Below are positions 47,823 through 57,517 of a stretch of DNA of 64,000 nucleotides, piece after piece. Each line of letters begins with the position of its first letter. Within the stretch, counting starts at the first letter, position 1. The stretch covers positions 44,077 to 108,076 of IMG/VR virus record IMGVR_UViG_3300042330_000854. The stretch is one strand, 5' to 3'. The position numbers and the translations under genes are program-made. This DNA is from a virus. Under the pieces are notes generated by a model. The model was not told the origin of the DNA. It did not search any database and saw nothing but the letters and a program-made list of their open reading frames with translations.

Positions 47823-48164
47823 TTAATTTTGTAAAAACCATAAAACTCGTTCTGTTTCTGTTAAATTGATTACATCAAAATAAAGATCGGGATTTGGATG
47901 ATTATTAAGCCAATCCTGAATATTTTTATATGGTTTTCCATTTAAATAAAATTCTCCAAAACCATCACCCCAAATTCTTGCTGGGCCGCTTAATCGATGC
48001 AAATACGAATGTTTATTGCGCCATTCTTTATATCCAGTTTCTAAATCTTCTAAAGCAGGTGTATTATCATCAGGCGAGGAAATTTTAATATAAGTTCTGA
48101 GGTTATAAAGTATATTAGTTTTATTTTGAATACCGTTTTCATAATATACATAAATATATTTCAT
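47823..48164 (-). CDS. HRLTGPA-family protein, copy 16 (tail A)
   Basis: HRLSGPA...HPNPDLYF...ETERVLWFLQN. Confidence 0.9.
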   Translation of the reverse strand: MKYIYVYYENGIQNKTNILYNLRTYIKISSPDDNTPALEDLETGYKEWRNKHSYLHRLSGPARIWGDGFGEFYLNGKPYKNIQDWLNNHPNPDLYFDVINLTETERVLWFLQN

Positions 48165-48238
48165 AAAATTTTATCCTTTTTTATTGATTTATAAAACAAA
48201 TATTAGCATAATCAAAGAAATAAAACAATAGGTTAAAA

Positions 48239-48952
48239 ATGGAAAATTTAGAAACAGAAGATATTGATTATATTACCGAATTAAAACTAAAAACCACAGT
48301 AGTTAGAATAATCGATAAAATGTTTATTCCTTGCACATTAAGATTAAAAGCAGAATTGTTTATTAATCCAGATAGTGATCCAGAACAAACAGATTTGGCC
48401 TTAACAAAAATAAAATACTGGTTTGAACATATTGTTAGCCGTTGTGTTATTTTTGATCATCTTAATAGTTTCGCAATTAATGCATTAATAAAAGATGGCA
48501 AATCTTTAACAACAAATATTTTAATGGTAACACCTAGAAATCCAAACGATCAACACTTAGCTGAATTATTTCAATGTAAAGCTGAATTATTTCAATGTAA
48601 ATTAGCGGCATTAAGTGCAGGACATTTGGGAATTGGTATGGTTGAAATTACATCAGATAACGTTATGGGATTAACTTTTACTTTTATTGGAAGTGGTTTT
48701 GAATCATTACCAACAATTGAACAATGGGTTGGAAAAATTCGTTATTTTGATGAACCTTGGTGGGCAAGAGATGATTCTAGTACATTAGATATTCAACCAA
48801 ACGAAGATGCAGATTTAAACATAAAACCCGCATTTGCTCAAAATTTAGATTTCTTAGGAAATATTATGAACCCATCAAATATTCCTCAAGATTCAAAAAT
48901 TATTAAAACAACTTTTAAACCAAAAATTATAAATCCAAATGACAGAAAATAA
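48239..48952 (+). CDS. hypothetical protein upstream of DnaE fragment A
   Basis: PWWARDD motif; contains 21-bp tandem duplication. Confidence 0.75.
   Translation: MENLETEDIDYITELKLKTTVVRIIDKMFIPCTLRLKAELFINPDSDPEQTDLALTKIKYWFEHIVSRCVIFDHLNSFAINALIKDGKSLTTNILMVTPRNPNDQHLAELFQCKAELFQCKLAALSAGHLGIGMVEITSDNVMGLTFTFIGSGFESLPTIEQWVGKIRYFDEPWWARDDSSTLDIQPNEDADLNIKPAFAQNLDFLGNIMNPSNIPQDSKIIKTTFKPKIINPNDRK
48560..48601 (+). repeat. perfect 21-bp tandem duplication (AELFQCK x2)
   Basis: GCTGAATTATTTCAATGTAAA twice. Confidence 0.95.
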
Positions 48953-49394
48953 TACTATTTTAGGTTTATTAAATGGATTAGATTTAGAAATGATTGTTTG
49001 TGAAAAACAAACAATCATTTCTTTAAATGAACAAATGAAAAAACATTATAATGATATTTTTAAATTTGAAGATTATTCAGATAGAGAAAATCAAAAAATT
49101 TGGATGATGCCTGAAAAATATTATAATCTTGATATTGAAAATTATTTTGAAAAATTTAAAAATAATAAAAATAAAATAAGAATCGAAGAAGAGTTACAAA
49201 TTTATAAAGAAAAAGATTTGTTTGTTCTTTTAAAATATTTAATTTTTTTGGTTGATGTTATGAAAGAAAACAATGTTGTTTGGGGAGTAGGTCGTGGAAG
49301 TAGTTGTGCAAGTTATTTGCTATATTTAATTGAACTACATGATATTGATTCGGATAAATATGATATATCTATAAATGAATTTTTAAGAGGATAA
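48939..49394 (+). CDS. DNA polymerase III alpha (family C) fragment A
   Basis: RIEEEL...VWGVGRGSSCASYLLYLIELHDIDSDKYDI...EFLR matches the DnaE GRGS...IDP..Y.L.FERFL segment. Confidence 0.9.
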   Translation: MTENNTILGLLNGLDLEMIVCEKQTIISLNEQMKKHYNDIFKFEDYSDRENQKIWMMPEKYYNLDIENYFEKFKNNKNKIRIEEELQIYKEKDLFVLLKYLIFLVDVMKENNVVWGVGRGSSCASYLLYLIELHDIDSDKYDISINEFLRG

Positions 49395-49397
49395 CAA

Positions 49398-49715
49398 ATG
49401 GCTCAAATTTACACTTCAATTAAACGCATACCAGTTCCAGAAACACTTTTTCAAAATTCCGACACTTTGGCTATTAGTCATGGTGGCAGATTTAACGCAG
49501 CAGGCGATTTAATAGGCCCAAACGGTAGAATAATTAAAACTTATGAAGATTTTAATGCTGAATATAATCGTAATAACCCACAATCAGTTGTAAAAGCAGA
49601 TTTAACACCAAATACCGAACCTAAAGAAGATATGGTTTTTGAAACCCCTCAACAAGCATTACAACGTTTAGAAAAAATGATGATGGATGAAAAAGCCAAA
49701 GCGAAAAGAAAATAA
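49398..49715 (+). CDS. hypothetical protein
   Basis: NAAGDLIGPNGRIIK motif; GAGGA SD. Confidence 0.7.
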   Translation: MAQIYTSIKRIPVPETLFQNSDTLAISHGGRFNAAGDLIGPNGRIIKTYEDFNAEYNRNNPQSVVKADLTPNTEPKEDMVFETPQQALQRLEKMMMDEKAKAKRK

Positions 49716-50164
49716 TGATTAAACAAAACTTATCAGGAACTACATTAGATACATTTCAAATAGGAAAAAACGGCCCTACAATGCGTTGGGGATTAATAAT
49801 GCCTGTTACATTATTTAATGATGGCGATTATTATTTTAAAACCGCTTATCCTCAAGGATTATATCAACAAATTGATAATTCTTGGAAATTAATTGGTGCA
49901 AATTATTCAATTGAAGTTCCGGTTAATTTTGGAACTAATAAACATTTTGTAAAAACAACCGTTAGTGTTGATTGGGCTGAATTTGTTTCCGATATTTTTG
50001 TTTCCGATATTTATGTTGGTAATTCTAGTAAATCAGCCGAAGATTTGTTATTAGAACAAATCTCATTTAAAATAACAAATATTACCAATACGGGTTTTGA
50101 TTTGTTGGCTTATGCGCCAACTGGAACTTTTGGTATTTTTAATTTAATTATAAGAGGAAAATAA
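49715..50164 (+). CDS. probable tail-fibre-associated protein
   Basis: GTT..TFQIGKNGP; DGDYYF. Confidence 0.5.
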   Translation: MIKQNLSGTTLDTFQIGKNGPTMRWGLIMPVTLFNDGDYYFKTAYPQGLYQQIDNSWKLIGANYSIEVPVNFGTNKHFVKTTVSVDWAEFVSDIFVSDIYVGNSSKSAEDLLLEQISFKITNITNTGFDLLAYAPTGTFGIFNLIIRGK

Positions 50165-50165
50165 A

Positions 50166-51593
50166 ATGTCAATTCAAGTTGAAAATGGAAGTACCAATGC
50201 TCAATTAACTATTACCAATGGTGCTGCAAATATTAAAGATGTAACACCAAGAGAGGCGGGATTTTCAGCTTTAATAGCAGAAAGCGATGCTGGTACGGTT
50301 ACTGGAACAAGAAAACTTCGTGAATTAGAAGCAAGTGAGGATTTTCGTTTACGTGTTGGTGTAGATAGCATCTTATGGCAAGATGCTTTTCATTATAGTT
50401 CAGTTAATGCGCGTCGTTATCGTATAGTTAATTCTGGTATGACTATTATTCAAGCAGGCGGTTTTTTAATTCTTAATTCCAATAACTCAGTTACTGCTAA
50501 TCAATTTGTTAATTTAAGAACTGCTCGAACATTTCCAATTTTTGGTTCGTACTCTCTTTATTGCCAATTTGACGCATTGGTTATTAATTCGGCTGCTTCA
50601 AATGTATTTGGTGAAGTAGGACTTGGTTATTCTACTCAGGGTAATGTCCCTACAGATGGCGCATTTTTTCGTTGGGGTATAAACGGAACCTTAAAAGGTG
50701 TAGTTGTTAATAATAACGTGGCAGTTGAAACTGCCGAAATAACACTGCCTCCTGATAATGAAACTCATCAATATCTTATTGTTGTTGGTGATAAAAGTGT
50801 TCATTTTTGGATTGATCAAGTTTTAGTTGGAACAATTGAATTATTGGTTAACGTTAGTGGCGCAGGATCAGTACTAATCGCCGAACAACCATTTATGGCT
50901 CGTATGTTCGTTAACGGCGTACCAACTGCTGCAAAACGTATTCAGATTGCTAATCTTAATATTTCTTTAGGTGACGCCAACATCACCCGCTCATGGGCTA
51001 CTACAATGGCTGGAATGGAACTAGGTAGTTATCAAAGTATTCCTGGGGCTGCTGCTACACAAACTGCACAATGGGCAAATAGTGCGGCTCCTGCAAACGC
51101 CACATTATCAAATACAGCAGCAGGTTATACTACATTGGGTGGTCAATTTTCTTTTGCAGCGGTTGCTGGTGCAGAAACAGATTATGCTCTTTTTGCTTTC
51201 CAAATTCCAGTAGGTTCAGTAGCACAACCAGGAAAAAATTTAATTATTAGAAATATTCGTATTGATACATTTAATACCGGGGCAGCAGTAGCAACTACCG
51301 GCCATGTTTTAATGTGGGCATTGGGTGTTGGATCAACTCTGGCTAACTTGGCTACCGTAGATAATGGAAATACTGGCGTCACCTCGCCAGTTAGGATACC
51401 TCTTGGCGTCCAATCAATGCCTGTTGGCGCGGCTATTGGTTATCGTGCAGAAACTATTGACGTTAATTTAGATGCTGCTGTTTATGTGCCAAATGGTACA
51501 TTCGTTCATGTCATATTGCGTATGCCAATTGCAACTGCAACTGCTTCTCAAGTAATAAGAGGAATTGTTCATATAAATGGATTTTATGAATAA
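50166..51593 (+). CDS. probable virion fibre/receptor-binding protein
   Basis: Ala/Gly/Thr-rich, beta-sandwich-like; visibly higher GC than neighbours. Confidence 0.6.
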   Translation: MSIQVENGSTNAQLTITNGAANIKDVTPREAGFSALIAESDAGTVTGTRKLRELEASEDFRLRVGVDSILWQDAFHYSSVNARRYRIVNSGMTIIQAGGFLILNSNNSVTANQFVNLRTARTFPIFGSYSLYCQFDALVINSAASNVFGEVGLGYSTQGNVPTDGAFFRWGINGTLKGVVVNNNVAVETAEITLPPDNETHQYLIVVGDKSVHFWIDQVLVGTIELLVNVSGAGSVLIAEQPFMARMFVNGVPTAAKRIQIANLNISLGDANITRSWATTMAGMELGSYQSIPGAAATQTAQWANSAAPANATLSNTAAGYTTLGGQFSFAAVAGAETDYALFAFQIPVGSVAQPGKNLIIRNIRIDTFNTGAAVATTGHVLMWALGVGSTLANLATVDNGNTGVTSPVRIPLGVQSMPVGAAIGYRAETIDVNLDAAVYVPNGTFVHVILRMPIATATASQVIRGIVHINGFYE

Positions 51594-51623
51594 AAAAAGG
51601 GAGAATTAATTCTCCCTTTTTTT
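51592..51623. terminator. bidirectional terminator
   Basis: A7-GGGAGAATTAATTCTCCC-T7. Confidence 0.88.
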
Positions 51624-52209
51624 ATAATTTGTTTTTACATTGAATGATCATATGATTAATCGCCATATGAACGATTTCACGATGATTAATTTTTTCTTCA
51701 TCATTTTTAATGTCAATTGTTTGTTTTTCTTTATCAATAAAAACAGTTGCAATTGTTTTTGATTTATAATTAGTGCCTCTTGTTAATAGACTAATATCAA
51801 ATGATGTATAATATGGATCACGAGGACTGCTACTCAAATATATAGGTTCTCGTGTATTTTTATACCAGTAATTGCCAATTTTATAATATGAAGAGCGACT
51901 ACTAAAATCGCGCGCATTACTTCTAATTAAAATTTCATATTTTGGTAATGATACTGTATTAAAAATAAATTTTTCGTCACCATATGGAATATCAAATCGT
52001 AAACTACAAGAATCTTGTTTATTATTGATTTTCTTAAACTTTTCATAAGTTTTATAAAGTTCTTCAACTTTATTTGAGTTTGTAGATTTCTTATGAGCTT
52101 CAACTATTGTTGCGGTTTGTTGATTTTCTTTATAAGTAATATTATGAAAAAATATTCCAATACTAACAATAACAAATAATACAACCGATGCTAAAAGTGC
52201 TTGTTTCAT
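51622..52209 (-). CDS. early membrane-anchored protein
   Basis: N-terminal TM; AAGGAG SD; promoter 52238-52266. Confidence 0.75.
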   Translation of the reverse strand: MKQALLASVVLFVIVSIGIFFHNITYKENQQTATIVEAHKKSTNSNKVEELYKTYEKFKKINNKQDSCSLRFDIPYGDEKFIFNTVSLPKYEILIRSNARDFSSRSSYYKIGNYWYKNTREPIYLSSSPRDPYYTSFDISLLTRGTNYKSKTIATVFIDKEKQTIDIKNDEEKINHREIVHMAINHMIIQCKNKL

Positions 52210-52237
52210 TTTTAGATTCTCCTTGTTAATTTTAATG

Positions 52238-52266
52238 AATATAGAAAATTTTCGCATTTTTGTCAA
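52238..52266 (-). promoter_or_regulatory. early promoter cassette
   Basis: TTGACA-17-TATATT with GAAAATTTTC. Confidence 0.88.
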
Positions 52267-52362
52267 GTAGTTTTCTTAAAAAATATATTATTAGTTGTTA
52301 TCAAAATGTCACAAAATATCAATTTGTTAATAAATATTAATAATAGATTTTTGGTGATTTAA

Positions 52363-52623
52363 ATGTTTGAAACTGCTTCTAATTTCTTTTTTAAAATTGT
52401 TACTGCATTAACAAGTGGTTCTGTAGAATCAATTATAGTCATCTTAATTTTAATTGTTTGTTATTTTGTTTATGAAAATTGGCGATTAAAAAAAGATAAC
52501 AAATATTATGCTGAACGTACAGATAAAATTATTGATGATTACTACAAAGGAAACCTCTCAATTAGTGACGCCTTAAATGGATTAAGACATGTGCTTAGTG
52601 AAATTAAAGGTAAAATAAAATGA
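52363..52623 (+). CDS. small single-TM protein (holin-like or sensor partner)
   Basis: One TM and coiled tail; coupled to PAS gene. Confidence 0.55.
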   Translation: MFETASNFFFKIVTALTSGSVESIIVILILIVCYFVYENWRLKKDNKYYAERTDKIIDDYYKGNLSISDALNGLRHVLSEIKGKIK

Positions 52624-53882
52624 TATGGGGCATCTTTAAGAAAAATAATAATAAAGATATTAAACGTGAAGAACAAGACAAAAAAATCTTGTTAAGTCAA
52701 CAATTTCTTATGGATGCTGCCATGTCAACTGCTGAAACTGCACGAGAAATAACAGCTTTTATAAAACAACAACTTTTAAATTCTCAAGCAGAATTATCAA
52801 GCACAGTAAAAATAATTCAAGATGCTTTAATTATTAGTAATGAAAAAAATGAAATAATTGGATTTAACCCAGCAGCAGAAAATATTTTTGATTGTAAAGC
52901 TGAAACGGTTTTAGGAAAAAATTTACTAACTTTATTTGTACAAACAAATAATAAACCAATTAATGATGGTAATTTTTGGAGTATTTTAAAAAAAGAAGAA
53001 GTTTGGGATCATAATTTTGATGGTGAACCTATGAAAAATATATTAGGTAAACGTCAACGTGGAGAAACTTTTTGGATTGATTTAACTGTTAGTGAATTGC
53101 CTTTACATGATGAAAAGAAATTTTTATTTATTGTTAGAGATTTAAATTCAGAAATGCGAATTCGCCAATCAGAATTTGATCATAAAAGTATTTTTCATAA
53201 TGCAAAAGATTCTATTTTAATTTTACACAATCATAAAATTTTAAAAACAAATAAAACATTTTGTGATTTATTAGGTGTTAAATCAGAAGAAATTGAAGGT
53301 GGATTATTTGAACATTTAATTGATTTAAATGAAAGAGAAAATATTTTTAATATACAAGAAAAACATTTATCGGGAAATATTTCAAATGCCAATTATGCAT
53401 TTACTTTAAATTATAATAATATAAAATTAAAAATGGTTGCTACTGAATTTCCATTTGTTTGGCAAAATAAAAAATGCATTCTTTGTACTTTAAATTCATC
53501 TTATGAAATGGAAATTATTAACGATTTCTTAAAATTGGATAATAATCAATTTTGTAATGTAAGTGATAATACGCCAGATTTAGTTTGTATTTTTGATAAA
53601 GATTTAAAAATAAAATACGTTAATAATTCTTTTAAAGATTTTTATCAAACAACCGAATTGGATTTAATTTCTGATTATTTGCCCTTTACCAGAAGAAATA
53701 ATTTTACTCAATTTTTAAAAGAATTAGTCTCAACAAAAAGAAATCAATTTTCATGTAGAAATGGAGATAGAGAAAATATTCAAGATTGGTGTTTTTATCC
53801 AATTGTAAAAAATAATGAAATCGTAGAATATCATGGAATAGGTCGAGATATAACACATATAATAAATGAATTTAATAAATGA
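52620..53882 (+). CDS. multi-PAS domain protein without kinase/output domain
   Basis: DALIISNE..EI.GFNPAAE.IF...GKN...GETFWIDL...FIVRD; second PAS DSILIL...N.TFC.LLG; third PAS PDLVC.FD...KYVN...GIGRDIT. Confidence 0.85.
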   Translation: MIWGIFKKNNNKDIKREEQDKKILLSQQFLMDAAMSTAETAREITAFIKQQLLNSQAELSSTVKIIQDALIISNEKNEIIGFNPAAENIFDCKAETVLGKNLLTLFVQTNNKPINDGNFWSILKKEEVWDHNFDGEPMKNILGKRQRGETFWIDLTVSELPLHDEKKFLFIVRDLNSEMRIRQSEFDHKSIFHNAKDSILILHNHKILKTNKTFCDLLGVKSEEIEGGLFEHLIDLNERENIFNIQEKHLSGNISNANYAFTLNYNNIKLKMVATEFPFVWQNKKCILCTLNSSYEMEIINDFLKLDNNQFCNVSDNTPDLVCIFDKDLKIKYVNNSFKDFYQTTELDLISDYLPFTRRNNFTQFLKELVSTKRNQFSCRNGDRENIQDWCFYPIVKNNEIVEYHGIGRDITHIINEFNK

Positions 53883-54196
53883 ATATATTAAAAAAATTAT
53901 TTAATTATCCATTAACTGCTGATGAAAAACCTGGATTTTATGAAAAAAAATATTCAGGCAAACAAACTCATGTTTTTATTGCACCAACAAATATAAGAGC
54001 ATTAAAAATATCTTTGTATAATGACGAAGATAATTTATTTTATGAATTTGTTCATACTGTTTTTGGTGGAGAACAATTTACATTTGTTGTAGAAGAAAAT
54101 TATAGTTATTTTCATTATTCAAATGCCTTTCCAATTACTGTAAAAAATACTAATGCTTTTTCTGCACAACTTATTGTAAACTATCAAACTTTTTAA
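53879..54196 (+). CDS. hypothetical protein
   Basis: Coupled ORF. Confidence 0.6.
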   Translation: MNILKKLFNYPLTADEKPGFYEKKYSGKQTHVFIAPTNIRALKISLYNDEDNLFYEFVHTVFGGEQFTFVVEENYSYFHYSNAFPITVKNTNAFSAQLIVNYQTF

Positions 54197-54204
54197 ATAC
54201 TACT

Positions 54205-56229
54205 ATGGTAAACAATTTTACACTCTCAGCAGTTGGAGATAAATTACAATTAGGTAAACAAGGTGGAAAAATTGTTTTAGAAAATGGTAAAATTGTTTTT
54301 AAAAATAATCAAGAAACACAATTAATTAATATTCAAGCCGCTAGTCCAACTAATAACAATGATGTTGCTACAAAACAATATGTAGATGGATTAACTTTTA
54401 ATTTAGCTTCTGCTGTTTTACAAAATCCAGACGCAAATGCACAAATTTTATACACAAATTCTCTTAATGAATTGTATAAAACATCAATTAATAAAAGTTT
54501 ATATTATCCTGCTGTTGCTGGTGAAATTGGAATTTTAAATTATGAATATGTTCCTGGCGATTGTCGTCGTTATGGTATTTTTCCAGATGGTATTACAAAT
54601 TGGGAAGGTAGTAATTTATCCGGTAGAGTTATTAATTTTATGACTAATTGCGCATTGCCTAATATTATAGGATATATGCCTCCAGGAATTTATAATACAA
54701 GTATGAATTGGAGCAATACTGCTTATTCTGGCGCAAAAGTTATTATGGACGGTGTACAGTTAAATGGTATTTTTCATGTTCAATCTTCAGCAGAACCCGC
54801 AATAAATGATCCTAAATTAACTAATTTAAGATTTTATGGTAATATTACAATACTTGATAGATTGGGGTTAAACAATATTCAAGATGTTATTTTTGATAAT
54901 GTTAGAATGAAATCCGATGCTGCAAATAATTTAGCAACACCAGGAAGCAAAGGCCGAGGAATTCATATTTATTTTGGCTGCGATGATGTTAGAATAAACT
55001 CATTAATTGTTGATGATTGCGAAAATGGTAATAATACTGATGCTGCGTTGGCTATTGATGGAAATGGCGCTAACCCAACTAATATAAGAATTAATCGTGT
55101 TTGGATTAAAAAATCAGATTGTCATGGCGCTTATATTACTGGATTTAATCATTTTATTGATGAATTAAGAATTGATGAATATGCAAAATTACAACCAACA
55201 AGAGGAATCCAAGATTCAGATGGTTTGGCACAATCTCAACAAGGTTGTGGTGTTTGGCTAAATCGTGTAACTGGAACCATTAATAAAATTATAACAAATC
55301 AAGCAAATGAAACTAGAGTACATGCAATTTATGATGTTAGAATTGATGAAACTGGTTTAAACAATTCAAATGAATTAACTATCGGTTCTATAACAATGCT
55401 TAATGTTGGCGTTGGTGGATCAGGAAGAGGTATGTGTATTGGTGATCGAGAATATGCAACAGGTTCTGGACAAGTAAATGTTAATATAAATGATATTACT
55501 GCTTATGTTGCAACAAATGCAGTTTTAACTTCTGGTTTTGAAATTGTTCAAATTAATCAAAGAACAAGTAATACAAGAGCAAATATAAAAAACAATATTA
55601 ATCTTTATAATCCAAATACAAATACGGGCTTAAAAGTTGAAGTAGGGGCCAGGTTTTTATTAAATGGTATTTTGCGTTATACAAATTTGGGAAGTGGTAT
55701 TTCTCGCGGAACAGCTTTAAATGTTTTAGGTTATGCTAAAATAATCGGTGGTGTTGATTATTTTCATAATGGAAGTTCTTTGGATGTTCCGGCTGTAAAT
55801 TGGGCAGCAACCAATGGATCATTTTGCGGTCCTATATTTTGTGATGCTAGTTTGGTTAATAATAAAAAAGCATTGGCTATTACTGGTTCTGGAACTGAAA
55901 TTGGACCATTAACAAGCAATAATTTACGTTCGGCTGCTGGTACAATTGCAATTAATATTCTTTCAAATACAATTATTAAATTAGGAAATATATCTTCAGG
56001 CAGTACAATTTTAGCTGGAACATTAGGAATACGATTAACTGGTACTATTTCAGATGTTTCATTAATAGGTGGCAGAATTACTGGGTTTGATACTGGAATT
56101 ACTAAAGGAACTGCAACTTTAACTCGATTAAGCGCATTGAATACTGTTTCTACAGGAAATACAACTAATACAACCTTAACTGTTTCAGATGGAACAAATA
56201 TAGGAACTGCTACAAACATATTTGCATAA
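54205..56229 (+). CDS. tail spike / right-handed beta-helix protein (depolymerase-like)
   Basis: LQLGKQGG..., PTNNNDVATKQYVD fibre motif, GDCRRYG, long Asn/Gly/Ile beta-helix-like region. Confidence 0.75.
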   Translation: MVNNFTLSAVGDKLQLGKQGGKIVLENGKIVFKNNQETQLINIQAASPTNNNDVATKQYVDGLTFNLASAVLQNPDANAQILYTNSLNELYKTSINKSLYYPAVAGEIGILNYEYVPGDCRRYGIFPDGITNWEGSNLSGRVINFMTNCALPNIIGYMPPGIYNTSMNWSNTAYSGAKVIMDGVQLNGIFHVQSSAEPAINDPKLTNLRFYGNITILDRLGLNNIQDVIFDNVRMKSDAANNLATPGSKGRGIHIYFGCDDVRINSLIVDDCENGNNTDAALAIDGNGANPTNIRINRVWIKKSDCHGAYITGFNHFIDELRIDEYAKLQPTRGIQDSDGLAQSQQGCGVWLNRVTGTINKIITNQANETRVHAIYDVRIDETGLNNSNELTIGSITMLNVGVGGSGRGMCIGDREYATGSGQVNVNINDITAYVATNAVLTSGFEIVQINQRTSNTRANIKNNINLYNPNTNTGLKVEVGARFLLNGILRYTNLGSGISRGTALNVLGYAKIIGGVDYFHNGSSLDVPAVNWAATNGSFCGPIFCDASLVNNKKALAITGSGTEIGPLTSNNLRSAAGTIAINILSNTIIKLGNISSGSTILAGTLGIRLTGTISDVSLIGGRITGFDTGITKGTATLTRLSALNTVSTGNTTNTTLTVSDGTNIGTATNIFA

Positions 56230-56292
56230 TTTTCTTGACAAAAATTGTTTATCAATCATAATTGTAAATTATTTTGTCAAAGGAAAATTATA

Positions 56293-57066
56293 ATGAAAAT
56301 TTCATACGCAAGCGATATCCACCTTGAATTTGGTGGCTTTAAAATCTCTAAATTAGAAACTGATTTAATCATTTTAGCAGGCGATATATCAACTATCAAT
56401 AAAAATCAAATTTTAGAAAATTTAATTGTTGAATTAAGTGAATTTGCACCAATTGTTTTTGTACCAGGAAATCATGATTATTATAATAATCAAAATGGTT
56501 TAAACCATGCAAAATATTCTTTAATGAATTTAGAGTATCACTTAAACCGTTTATATTTAAAAAATAAAGTTGATATTTGTTATAAAGCAAAAAAATTAAC
56601 AATCAATGATATTGATTTTATCGGTTGTACGTTATGGACAGATTTAAACAAAAATAATCCATTGGATCGTAGATTATCTTTTCAATCAATGAACGATTAC
56701 GGCCAAATCAATATGACTGTTGATGAATGGATTATTGAAAATAATGCTCACTTTAATTTTATTAAAGAAAATTATAACCCAAATAACAAAACCGTTTTAA
56801 TTACCCATCATTTACCAACTGAACAAGCAATTGGAGAATTTTATAAAAATGATCCTTTAAATTTTAGTTTTTGTAATACACAATTAGATGAAATTTTAAT
56901 TGAAGCAAACAAAGAATTATATTGCATTCATGGACATTCTCATTCGCAATTAGATGAATATTATAAATTTAACAATAATGTAAGATTATTAAGAAATCCA
57001 AGAGGATATATTAATTATGAACCTTTTGCTGAAAATTGGCTTGGATTTAAAACGATAGAGATTTAA
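56293..57066 (+). CDS. metallophosphoesterase
   Basis: SDIHLE, LAGDI, VPGNHD, GCTLWTD, THHLP, HGHSH, NPRGY. Confidence 0.93.
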   Translation: MKISYASDIHLEFGGFKISKLETDLIILAGDISTINKNQILENLIVELSEFAPIVFVPGNHDYYNNQNGLNHAKYSLMNLEYHLNRLYLKNKVDICYKAKKLTINDIDFIGCTLWTDLNKNNPLDRRLSFQSMNDYGQINMTVDEWIIENNAHFNFIKENYNPNNKTVLITHHLPTEQAIGEFYKNDPLNFSFCNTQLDEILIEANKELYCIHGHSHSQLDEYYKFNNNVRLLRNPRGYINYEPFAENWLGFKTIEI

Positions 57067-57399
57067 ATGCATATTATTTATTACGTTGACGGAAAACAAT
57101 ATAAAACCGATTATTATTCTAATGTTCCTTGGGAAGATATTTCATCACCTGATGAAAATACACCTGCAATTGAAAATTTAGAAACTGGACTTAAATTTTG
57201 GTGTAAAAAACAATTTTTTCGGCATCGATTAACTGGACCAGCAAGAATTCGATCAGATGGAAAAGAAGAATTTTATTTAAATGAAAAAAGATATGAAAAT
57301 ATACGGGAATGGATTAATGATCATCCAAATCCCGATCTTTATTTCAATGCATTAGGAATGACGGAAACCGATAAAGTTCTATGGTTTTTACAAAATTAA
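57067..57399 (+). CDS. HRLTGPA-family protein, copy 17 (tail A)
   Basis: HRLTGPA...HPNPDLYFNALGMTETDKVLWFLQN. Confidence 0.9.
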   Translation: MHIIYYVDGKQYKTDYYSNVPWEDISSPDENTPAIENLETGLKFWCKKQFFRHRLTGPARIRSDGKEEFYLNEKRYENIREWINDHPNPDLYFNALGMTETDKVLWFLQN

Positions 57400-57517
57400 T
57401 TTTAAAGCGATTTAAAGCCGAGTTAGGTAATTAGTCACTCCAAATACCTAACTTAATCTAAAACCGCTGTAACATGCCTCTAATCGCATTTAAACCGCTA
57501 TTTGAAAAAAAAGATAA
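57400..57517 (+). repeat. intergenic element X, copy 2
   Basis: Homologous to 42068-42184; inner perfect stem AGTTAGGTA/TACCTAACT. Confidence 0.85.

Noticed and set aside
55764-56255. 163-aa minus-strand ORF and similar antisense ORFs (e.g. 2990-3283, 19950-20213, 23278-23577, 33108-33431, 62963-63223)
   Set aside because: Antisense shadows of well-supported genes, with no SD or recognisable motifs
56235-56280. Inverted repeat TTGACAAAA...TTTTGTCAA as transposon ends
   Set aside because: Only about 45 bp apart with no transposase; better explained as a terminator hairpin overlapping a promoter
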